Positions 8,636 through 16,120 of a DNA stretch of 35,120 nucleotides are shown piece by piece; positions within the stretch are counted from its first letter, which is position 1; each line of letters starts with the position of its first letter. The notes beneath the pieces were generated by a model. It was not told the DNA's origin. It saw nothing but the letters and a program-made list of their open reading frames with translations, and ran no database searches. Origin of the DNA: a virus. Taxonomy: Duplodnaviria > Caudoviricetes. The stretch is from IMG/VR virus record IMGVR_UViG_3300032216_000750, positions 1 through 35,120 of that record; one strand, written 5' to 3'. Made by a program: the position numbers and the translations under genes.

Positions 8636-9559
8636 TCAGAACGGGATCTCGTCAGCCTCAATCGCGACGGGCGCGGTCTGCTGCTCGGTGGATTCTAGCG
8701 TGGTTCGGATGCCGTAGAGAGTCCATCCGTATTGGCCCTCCTGCACAAAGCCGGACACAGCCTGACCGCCCAGCGCATCTTGCGCTGCCTGCATCACCTT
8801 GTCATCAAAGCACGATGCCCATTGCTCCGCGCCATCAACTTCCAACAGGATGGGGTAGCGGTTCGATCCCTTGGCCGTCGGCTTGCCCTGTCCAACGCGC
8901 TTGACGGTCAGACCATCATGCCACACACAATCCTTGGCGGGCCGGGATGCCAGCACCTCGCCAAACGCGCTAGGAGCCGCCGTGGCGAGTTCCTTGGCCT
9001 TGGGTGGGGTCGGGGTAGCCTTTGGAGCCGGGGCGGCTTGTGGGGCATCCTGCTGCGCTAGAGCGTTTCCGCTACGGTTCTGCACAAGTGTGGTGGAATT
9101 GCTCCGCGCCGGGGCCGGGGCTGCTCCCTTGCGCGGCTCGTACTTGGTGTCATCCCGACGATCCATCTCGCTCTCGTCCTCGCGGGGAACCAGCAGGAGG
9201 TCGCGCAGGTAGTACCCAAGGCTGGAGGTCAACGCGCCAGCCATCGCCTTGTCAATTGGGCGACCCTTCTCGGGGACGCAGATCCACGCGATCTCGTCGC
9301 TAACAGATTCGCCTGTAGGGCCGTGGGTCAAGACGAAGGTGGAGTTCACGATTCCGCCCTCCGGCGTGCCGTCGAATTTCCAGCCTGCGCGGCGCACGGT
9401 CAGGCCTGCGCCGTGGAGCGCGTCCCGGCACGCTCCGATCATCGCTTCCGCGCTGACATATGCGTAGTGGTGGAAACTGTTCTTCGAATCCTTGCCCACG
9501 CTGGGCAGGGCTTTCTGTGCGGCCAGCAACGCGCTGGCAAGGTTCTTGGTGTCTGTCAT
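8636..9559 (-). CDS. erf: ERF-family single-strand annealing protein
   Basis: LASALLAAQKALPSVGKDSKN.F..Y.Y...LTHG..GE...A.A.T...Y.L; start at MTDTK (9559). Confidence 0.85.
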   Translation of the reverse strand: MTDTKNLASALLAAQKALPSVGKDSKNSFHHYAYVSAEAMIGACRDALHGAGLTVRRAGWKFDGTPEGGIVNSTFVLTHGPTGESVSDEIAWICVPEKGRPIDKAMAGALTSSLGYYLRDLLLVPREDESEMDRRDDTKYEPRKGAAPAPARSNSTTLVQNRSGNALAQQDAPQAAPAPKATPTPPKAKELATAAPSAFGEVLASRPAKDCVWHDGLTVKRVGQGKPTAKGSNRYPILLEVDGAEQWASCFDDKVMQAAQDALGGQAVSGFVQEGQYGWTLYGIRTTLESTEQQTAPVAIEADEIPF

Positions 9560-9628
9560 GGGGTGTCTCTTTTCTCCTGCACGAAGCAGGGCAGGCCACC
9601 CCCGGAGGGGTGGCGAGCCTTGCACCGT

Positions 9629-10015
9629 TCAGGCGATGGTTGCGTTCGGCGCATATCGCTCGTTCCGCAGGATTTCCGCCCGCACCTTGATGTTCCTGCA
9701 AGCCGTTGCGTATGCATCAACACAAGATTGATGAACATGAAGTCCATGCCCCAAAATGGCATGCGCTCGACCAAACATTTTGTCCGCTGGTTCGCGGATT
9801 TGCTCCTGCTCTTCATAAGTCAAAAAATCGCATTCGACCGCAAATTCAACTTGCGCGAGCAATTCGTTGAAATGCATATCAAGAAGCATGGCGCGATAGT
9901 CGGCCTTGCGAGTGTCATTTGGGCTAATCAGGCCGTCAACAATTCGCACGAATCGGTGGATCTTGCTTCCCAGCACTTCGCGAACGGTTTCGGCGGTGGT
10001 CTTTGCGTTGGTCAT
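9629..10015 (-). CDS. hypothetical protein (first gene of the leftward early operon)
   Basis: GAAAGGA RBS; 128-aa ORF. Confidence 0.7.
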   Translation of the reverse strand: MTNAKTTAETVREVLGSKIHRFVRIVDGLISPNDTRKADYRAMLLDMHFNELLAQVEFAVECDFLTYEEQEQIREPADKMFGRAHAILGHGLHVHQSCVDAYATACRNIKVRAEILRNERYAPNATIA

Positions 10016-10065
10016 TGTGGTGTCCTTTCGGTTGGGGTGTCTCGTCAGCCGCCCCGGCTGACAAG

Positions 10066-10240
10066 TGAACTCTAACGACTATCGGCTAGAGCGCAAGAAC
10101 CCTTCAGTTATATTTCCGCATTTAGTGCAAATGAATACAGGCTTGCATATTCAATAGTGCCTAGACTATTTCACATTCTGTCTAGATTCTTTGTTGCATG
10201 GACTTGCAATGTGCCGAAATGTGGTCATACTTGAACCGTG
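10066..10240. promoter_or_regulatory. divergent promoter region
   Basis: AT-rich gap between divergent operons. Leftward TTGCGC-N16-TAGAGT (~10096-10069); rightward TTGCAA-N16-CATACT (10204-10231). Confidence 0.6.
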
Positions 10241-10290
10241 GTCGGGGCGACCACACCGCGCAGGCCGGATGCCTGATTAGGAGACATCAA

Positions 10291-10491
10291 ATGCGAGACA
10301 TGTTCTACGAGGTCACGGGGTCATACGGTTTGGGCGCACGGGTCAACGAAGCCTTCCGCACGATTGACGAGGCCCGCAACCTGCTGGGCAAGATGAGCAG
10401 CGGAACCATCTGGTACTTGAGTGTGCTAGGTCGCGTGCGCGTCGAGACTCGCGCACAGGCCATCCGCAACGCATCGAAGGGAGGCCGCTAA
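10291..10491 (+). CDS. hypothetical early protein
   Basis: AGGAG RBS before ATG 10291. Confidence 0.7.
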   Translation: MRDMFYEVTGSYGLGARVNEAFRTIDEARNLLGKMSSGTIWYLSVLGRVRVETRAQAIRNASKGGR

Positions 10492-10730
10492 TGGAACAGC
10501 ATCTTGAGCGAATCGCTACCCCGGCTCGCGTGCGCTACGCGATGAAGCGGCACGGCATGTCGCAGTACGACATCTGCAAGTACAAATCTAGTTGGTTTGT
10601 GAAAGGCCCAGATACAGGCTTTGGCACGCACGCCTTCTTGCACGCAGGAACCCTTGCAGGTCAATCCGTTGCGTACTGGATGCAGCGAATCATGGTGTTG
10701 CGAAACTTGGCTGCAAAGGAGGCACGCTAA
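10491..10730 (+). CDS. hypothetical early protein
   Basis: GGGAGG RBS and TAATG overlap. Confidence 0.75.
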   Translation: MEQHLERIATPARVRYAMKRHGMSQYDICKYKSSWFVKGPDTGFGTHAFLHAGTLAGQSVAYWMQRIMVLRNLAAKEAR

Positions 10731-11065
10731 TGCGTAACACGATCAAGGCCACGGTTGAGGAGATCATCAACCATCACACCCGGCTGAACGGGCCGACAGA
10801 GGATCAGCGAATGCGCCAATGCGCGGAGGCGATTCAGAGTCGCGCCGGGGTTGGCCCAGCGCAACTGGAAGCGGTGCATGTATACCTCGCAGCCTGCCGC
10901 ATCCTTGAGCAGCGGCGTGCGGAGTTCAACCGCGCAGGCGACGGCATGCCAGAACTTCAGGCCGAGGCCGCGCTAGACCGCGCACACAGCGCGTGGATCG
11001 AAGCGGAGTCGCACCTGATGCGCTTGTGCTGCAATGTGGAAGTAGAGGTCGCTCATGCGGTGTGA
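10730..11065 (+). CDS. hypothetical early protein
   Basis: AAGGAGG RBS and TAATG overlap at 10730. Confidence 0.75.
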   Translation: MRNTIKATVEEIINHHTRLNGPTEDQRMRQCAEAIQSRAGVGPAQLEAVHVYLAACRILEQRRAEFNRAGDGMPELQAEAALDRAHSAWIEAESHLMRLCCNVEVEVAHAV

Positions 11066-11258
11066 CCGCAAGCCCAGCGTGCCGGGGACGGGCGACCGCA
11101 AGCCGCTGTGCGGCTTCACCCCGATCCGCTCGCATCTAGAAGCCGCGAAGGCGTTGGGCATGACATCGCATCAACTCCGGCACGCCGAGCAGAAGTTGCT
11201 GCTGAAACTACGCGAGGCGTTGACCGTTTACGGCTATGACCGAAAGGAGAACCGATGA
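11055..11258 (+). CDS. small sigma70 region-4-like HTH protein
   Basis: RSHLEAAKALGMTSHQLRHAEQKLLLKLR matches the region 4.2 pattern; GAGG RBS. Confidence 0.6.
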   Translation: MRCDRKPSVPGTGDRKPLCGFTPIRSHLEAAKALGMTSHQLRHAEQKLLLKLREALTVYGYDRKENR

Positions 11259-11410
11259 GCAACTACCCATGCGGCGACTGGACTTTCCCCGGCGATGAAA
11301 CGCCAGAGGAGCGGCGTGCCCGGCGCAAGCGCGAGTCTGCGGAGGCAGCGGCAGATGGTGCCGACTTCGGCCCAGCGGATAACGAGGACTGGAGGCGCGA
11401 CGAGCCATGA
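11255..11410 (+). CDS. 51-aa acidic hypothetical protein (MSNYPCGDWTFPGDE...)
   Basis: Not in the ORF track. AAAGGAG RBS and ATGA overlaps at both ends. Confidence 0.7.
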   Translation: MSNYPCGDWTFPGDETPEERRARRKRESAEAAADGADFGPADNEDWRRDEP

Positions 11411-11820
11411 CATACCGAGACACAAGCCGAGCCGCTTACGCGACGGCGCAGATCGGCGAGAACGAAGAGCGCGTTCTGTCGTTCGTGAAGTCCTCGGGCA
11501 GCCACGGGGCTACTTGCGATGAGGTCATCCGAACGCTTGGGATGCAGCACCAGTCCGCGTCTCCGGCGTTCACCACGCTAGAGCGCAAGGGCTGGCTGCG
11601 GCGCACGGATCGTCGCCGGACGACGGGCACGGGCAGCGCGGCAGCGGTCTACATCTACACAGAACCCGGCACTCTGTTTTCAAGTCCACGGACAGGGCGA
11701 GCCGATGGATTACGAGCCGCGATTCGTGCAGCGATTGCTGCGCGAGCATCGGGCGATTGGACAGCGTTCGATGATGCGGTAGGCGCGTTGCCTGCCGCCG
11801 AGCGCAAGAGACTGAACTAG
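11407..11820 (+). CDS. winged-helix DNA-binding protein
   Basis: GATCDEVIRTLGMQHQSASPAFTTLERKGWL...RRT..G..A.VY. Confidence 0.75.
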   Translation: MTYRDTSRAAYATAQIGENEERVLSFVKSSGSHGATCDEVIRTLGMQHQSASPAFTTLERKGWLRRTDRRRTTGTGSAAAVYIYTEPGTLFSSPRTGRADGLRAAIRAAIAARASGDWTAFDDAVGALPAAERKRLN

Positions 11821-11830
11821 GAGACACCCA

Positions 11831-12031
11831 ATGCGACTCACTCTGACCGATGACGAAGCACGATTCCTTGAAACGCAGATGCGCCTGACCGTGATGAATG
11901 AACGAGGCCAAGACAGCCTGCACGCCGAGCGCATCCTTGACGCGCTGACCGATTCGCGCCGCCTGCGAAGCGCGACCGACCACATCACGGAGATGTTCGC
12001 AGACCTTTACCCCGCAGGAGGCCGCGAGTGA
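11831..12031 (+). CDS. hypothetical protein
   Basis: AGGAG RBS; 66 aa. Confidence 0.7.
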   Translation: MRLTLTDDEARFLETQMRLTVMNERGQDSLHAERILDALTDSRRLRSATDHITEMFADLYPAGGRE

Positions 12032-12147
12032 ACAAGCGCGACTCCTACTTGGACTTTTGGTTGGGCTTTGCGTTTGGTTCTCTGTCCATCGTGGCGTTCC
12101 TCGCGGGGACTTGGGCTAACGGGGTACTCTTGGAGATCATCCCATGA
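12028..12147 (+). CDS. 39-aa single-pass membrane peptide (MNKRDSYLDFWLGFAFGSLSIVAFLAG...)
   Basis: Not in the ORF track. AGGAGG RBS, GTGA and ATGA overlaps, and a hydrophobic core. Confidence 0.7.
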   Translation: MNKRDSYLDFWLGFAFGSLSIVAFLAGTWANGVLLEIIP

Positions 12148-12479
12148 CACCCATTCAGACCGCCGCAGACATCCTCTCCACGATCCCGCAGGTCGCAGCC
12201 TGCTGCGGATCGTCTGCTACCCAGCCCGTCAACTGCTCGGCTTTGGTTGCGCTGCGCGAGGCCGTAGCCAACGCAGCCGATGAAGAGGAGATTCAGGCCC
12301 GCCTGCTCGCTCGCGTCCGGCCCGTCCTTCGCATGCATGTGGTGCGAATGCAGTCGCAAGCCGATTCCGATGCCGTGTCAAATGGAGGCACGCCCAACGC
12401 CACCAGCGAGGAATGGCTACGCCAAGGTCGGGAACTGCTGCTGGCTGTCGAAGCCCGATTAGGAGTCACCAATGATTGA
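12144..12479 (+). CDS. hypothetical protein
   Basis: GGAG RBS; coupled to its neighbours. Confidence 0.7.
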   Translation: MTPIQTAADILSTIPQVAACCGSSATQPVNCSALVALREAVANAADEEEIQARLLARVRPVLRMHVVRMQSQADSDAVSNGGTPNATSEEWLRQGRELLLAVEARLGVTND

Positions 12480-12972
12480 ACTTATGCAAATCCTCGTAGG
12501 CTGCTCCATCGTCATGGTGTGCGCCTGTACTTACATCGTTCTGACGCACAAGCGCACGCCGGAAATGCGCGTGGTGCTGCCGGGTGATCCGATGAATCGA
12601 CCTGACATGGCCTCGCCCATCCCGTGGCACAATTCCCGCTTACCACGCGATGCCACGCACATCGCATGGATAATGCACGGGAACGGTCAGATCGGGCGCG
12701 TCCACACGCTCTACATGCAGTCGCTAGAGAACCTCGCGCATGAGGTGATCCGCGCAAAGAGTCCGTGGGGGCCGATCATCACGCACAGCATTGAACTGGA
12801 ATGCGACATCCGCGACCGGGGCTGCGTGCCGGATGGAGAGATCATGTACGCCGTGGCTCGCATTGACGGTGACGGGAACGAATACTGGCTGGGCAAGCGC
12901 GGCGACTGGGTGAACCGCTGGGATGTCGATGCGTCGATCTACGATGTCTTCGGCGCGGACTTGCACCGATAG
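12472..12972 (+). CDS. N-terminally membrane-anchored hypothetical protein
   Basis: AGGAG RBS; hydrophobic residues 3-25. Confidence 0.75.
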   Translation: MIELMQILVGCSIVMVCACTYIVLTHKRTPEMRVVLPGDPMNRPDMASPIPWHNSRLPRDATHIAWIMHGNGQIGRVHTLYMQSLENLAHEVIRAKSPWGPIITHSIELECDIRDRGCVPDGEIMYAVARIDGDGNEYWLGKRGDWVNRWDVDASIYDVFGADLHR

Positions 12973-12984
12973 CCGCTACAATCT

Positions 12985-13071
12985 CATCGCTGCGCCGCCG
13001 CCCCCATCACTTCGCGGCGCATGCGGGTGTCTCGCCCCTGCCGTACTTCCGTGCGGTGGGGGCTTTCTTTT
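12985..13071 (+). ncRNA. candidate ~85-nt small RNA (hairpin + linker + terminator)
   Basis: TACAAT at 12977-12982, stem TGCGCCGC/GCGGCGCA with a C-rich loop, then an intrinsic terminator. Confidence 0.4.
13034..13071 (+). terminator. rho-independent terminator
   Basis: GCCCCTGCCGTAC-TTCC-GTGCGGTGGGGGC (with G:U pairs) followed by TTTCTTTT. Confidence 0.8.
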
Positions 13072-13084
13072 GTACGCTGCTCGC

Positions 13085-13372
13085 ATGGCAAGGAAGCCAC
13101 CACCACGCCCACCATCAATCACAGACATGCTGCGCGATGTAGCGGACACGCTGCGCGACATGGAAGCCCACGGACTCGCCGGGGACATTGAAGCCGCTAG
13201 CGAATCGCTCCGCACCATGCTCGACCTGACCAAGTTTGGCGACTGCCTGTTTGGGGATGAGATACGCAACATCCTGAACATCCGGCACGCGCTACGACCA
13301 CGCAGAGGCACGGCAATCGATCCGATGCACGGGCAGCGCAAAGACCGCCGCGCACGCCGCCCGGTGCGTTAG
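13085..13372 (+). CDS. hypothetical basic-ended protein (probably leaderless)
   Basis: Start at MARKPPP, 6 nt after TACGCT; its stop overlaps the convergent gene's stop. Confidence 0.65.
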   Translation: MARKPPPRPPSITDMLRDVADTLRDMEAHGLAGDIEAASESLRTMLDLTKFGDCLFGDEIRNILNIRHALRPRRGTAIDPMHGQRKDRRARRPVR

Positions 13373-14727
13373 ACGGTCACCAGCGAATCAGAGAGCGTGT
13401 TGGTTCCGGTCAGCGGCAGATAGATGCCCTGACGCTCTGCGCCGACCCAGCGTGAGAATCCCTTCATAAACAGACCTGTAGAACTAGCATCGCTCACAGC
13501 CGCGATTGTTCCCGAGTCGTTAGCCGACCAGTCCGTCGCGCCGCAGGTGATGAGGACGGAGGGGCCAGCCGAGTAGAGGCGAGTCATCGGAGCCAGCACC
13601 AATTCGTCGATCATCAGCGTGCCCGTGTTGGCGATCGCTGCCGTGCTGTAGATGTCGAGGTAAAGCGTGGTCGGCAGCGCAGACTTGGCGATACTGAATG
13701 TCACGCTTTGCAAAGCGTAGGTCGTGGACAGGCTAGCAAGGTTCAGGGTGACGGCAGAACCGACCGTCGTTCCCGACGCATCGCGCAGCGCAACCACGAC
13801 GGTTCCCGTCGTCGCAGAGGCCACGCGAGCGTAGAAGGTCAGCGCGTAATCAGTCTCGGCCTGCACGCTCGTAGGTGCGCCGGAGCCGGACGCGATCTGC
13901 TGGCGAATGCGGGTCAGCGTTGAGCCGTTGCCGACGAACTGGAGCGCGTAGGTTCCACGGCATGGAGTGCTGCCCTGCGTCACCTGCGTGCCAGCCGTGC
14001 CCGTCACAATCGTCCACGCACGCGGCGTGTTGCTGCTCCAACTTTCAAAGTCACCGTTCGCAAGGATGCTCACGCCGGGTGCGCCGACGCTAGCCGTAAT
14101 GCTCGCGCTGGTCGCCTGCACCGTGGTGTTTAGGCCCGAGCCTCCCGGCCACGCGACATTGTTCGCGGCGTAAGGCGCGAAGCCAGTGAAGGCAAAGGTG
14201 GCCTCGCCGAAGTTCCCGATGTCGCCGCCCACCGTGCAGTTCATGCGGATGGTTTCGTTGTACATCTCCTGCAAGTACAGGCTAGATGAGGCCGGACGGT
14301 ACGCGCGAACCAGAACCGTGCCCGTGCCTTGATTGCCACTTGTCGCGGTGTAGGTGACGCTGCTCGTGCCAACCGCTTGAAACTTGTAGGACTCGGAAGT
14401 CATCTGGTCGCGCAACTTGCGGAGCGCAGTCGCCAGCGTGCCGTCGTATGCGCTGTACATGTCGCGCATGTCGTTGATGATCGTGGCCGTGATGCTCTGC
14501 TGGATCGCCGCATACACAGGCACACCAAGCGTGGACGAAAGCCCGGTTGAGAGGTTCTGGAGCGGCCCAAGGTTGGCGGTGTCCTGTCGATAGGTCGTGC
14601 CTTCGTAGTAGGACAGCACCGCGTCAATGTCAGCACTGTACAGGTTTATGGTCTTGGTCTGCACATCGTTGGCATAACCAAAGAGCGAACCAAGACGCGC
14701 ACCGAAATCAGGAAGCAGGCTAGGCAT
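13369..14727 (-). CDS. virion protein with CBM-like jelly-roll insert; paralog of 22076-23353
   Basis: ILANGDFESWSSNTPRAW CBM4/9-like motif; shares WPGGSG, ETI...C and GATDW with the paralog. Confidence 0.7.
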   Translation of the reverse strand: MPSLLPDFGARLGSLFGYANDVQTKTINLYSADIDAVLSYYEGTTYRQDTANLGPLQNLSTGLSSTLGVPVYAAIQQSITATIINDMRDMYSAYDGTLATALRKLRDQMTSESYKFQAVGTSSVTYTATSGNQGTGTVLVRAYRPASSSLYLQEMYNETIRMNCTVGGDIGNFGEATFAFTGFAPYAANNVAWPGGSGLNTTVQATSASITASVGAPGVSILANGDFESWSSNTPRAWTIVTGTAGTQVTQGSTPCRGTYALQFVGNGSTLTRIRQQIASGSGAPTSVQAETDYALTFYARVASATTGTVVVALRDASGTTVGSAVTLNLASLSTTYALQSVTFSIAKSALPTTLYLDIYSTAAIANTGTLMIDELVLAPMTRLYSAGPSVLITCGATDWSANDSGTIAAVSDASSTGLFMKGFSRWVGAERQGIYLPLTGTNTLSDSLVTV

Positions 14728-14736
14728 GGGTGCAGT

Positions 14737-15108
14737 TTAGCCTTCGGCAGACCACTTTCCGATAGGACATGCCTCGGCTGGCAACCGCACCTTCAGCCCG
14801 GTGAAGCAACCGCATTGCTTGCAGCGCGATCCGTCCCATTGGTCGCAGCCCTTGCAGATCGCTAGTCGCCGTTCGGACATCGGGCTGTCGGCGGTCACGG
14901 AGGCCACCACAGCCTTCGCTGCGCCTGCGATGTAATGCATAGGGCCGTGCGCCGGGGTCTGCTGCGCTGCCGCTTGTGCGGCCTTGTCGCGCTCCCAGTA
15001 GGTCGGGTCTTCCGTCTGCTGCCGGAGATGGTCGGCACGCACACGATCCATAGCCTCGCGCATGTCGCGCATGAGGATGAAGGATGGTCTAGGCGGTGGG
15101 GTCAGCAT
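14737..15108 (-). CDS. Cys-rich metal-binding protein (DUF6171-like)
   Basis: RLAICKGC...CKQCGCF...K......CPIGKW. Confidence 0.7.
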   Translation of the reverse strand: MLTPPPRPSFILMRDMREAMDRVRADHLRQQTEDPTYWERDKAAQAAAQQTPAHGPMHYIAGAAKAVVASVTADSPMSERRLAICKGCDQWDGSRCKQCGCFTGLKVRLPAEACPIGKWSAEG

Positions 15109-15803
15109 GTGGTGACTTGAGCGCAGGCTGTCGGGATTCGCTGGCAGCAGCAGTCGTAGCAGTAGCCAAAACCGGAAGGGCCATAAATTCTAGGTTCAAA
15201 GAGAGTATAATCGTATGATCTTGGATGCGGGCCGTCTACAACACCTTGTCCGTCGTAGTAGAGATCATCGGGCGCAGTAACAGTAAATGTTTGAGAAACA
15301 TCGTTACAACACTCTTGCGTAATACGATACTCAACTGCTGTCAAACTCACTTCTTGGTCATAATTTGGAAAAGCGTTGAATGTCCGACCATACGGATACC
15401 CGGTCGGATTATCTGTTGGTATCGCAGGCAATAGTCCCGCATCAATTTGAGCCTGCGTCAACGAGTAACGCGTATAGTAGAAAATTGTGAATCGGAGATA
15501 TGAAGATAGATCTGGTGGAACACTGGCATTGGTGATCTCTGTGATCGTCAAAACATAGAATCTAACAATGTCGATCCACAAGTTTGCCTTGCGCCAAGTC
15601 GCATCATCGCAGTTGCACTTCTGCGTAGGCGGCACGCACGGATTGCCAGCGCATTGAACATTGGGTCGGAACACGCCGCCCTGTTGCGAGCAATAGTAAG
15701 CGCACGCCACATTGCGGCACGATCCATCAGGGAAGCAGCAACTCCCGCTCGGGCCTTGACACGGATTCGATTCGCAGCAGCAGCCAGCGAGCCTCTGGCT
15801 CAC
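15102..15803 (-). CDS. Cys-rich tail-tip-associated protein
   Basis: GCCC start and GSCCFPDGSC...C..QGG...C..NPC; AT-richer central part. Confidence 0.65.
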   Translation of the reverse strand: MSQRLAGCCCESNPCQGPSGSCCFPDGSCRNVACAYYCSQQGGVFRPNVQCAGNPCVPPTQKCNCDDATWRKANLWIDIVRFYVLTITEITNASVPPDLSSYLRFTIFYYTRYSLTQAQIDAGLLPAIPTDNPTGYPYGRTFNAFPNYDQEVSLTAVEYRITQECCNDVSQTFTVTAPDDLYYDGQGVVDGPHPRSYDYTLFEPRIYGPSGFGYCYDCCCQRIPTACAQVTTC

Positions 15804-16120
15804 TCAAACACCCCAGAGCCGACTACGCTGACATATGCTCCGTGCCCGGAACTTACATATCCACGCAACTCGTGACCGTCTGGAACAAGCACATCATTGA
15901 TCACAAGGTAATTAGTTGCGCTAATAGTCATTGAGTTGAGCAAAAAATCACCCTGCTGCGCAAATGCACGGCCAGCCGTTACGGCTAGCCACACCGTCAC
16001 CGAAGAACTGTGGCTGTTGGCAAAACTGATCGACTTGAAATAATACGAACCACCGGACGCGATCAGCAGCGGCGACTCGGTTTCGGACAAGCCCTTGCGA
16101 AGTAGGAATGGAGTACTCAT
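15800..16120 (-). CDS. small beta-sandwich virion protein
   Basis: 106 aa; ATGA overlap; SI..AN......V.L pattern seen in phage tail-region proteins. Confidence 0.6.
   Translation of the reverse strand: MSTPFLLRKGLSETESPLLIASGGSYYFKSISFANSHSSSVTVWLAVTAGRAFAQQGDFLLNSMTISATNYLVINDVLVPDGHELRGYVSSGHGAYVSVVGSGVFE

Noticed and set aside
11064-11104. GACCGCAAGCC direct repeat (DRKP twice)
   Set aside because: Only two 11-bp copies in GC-rich DNA; no support for a function.
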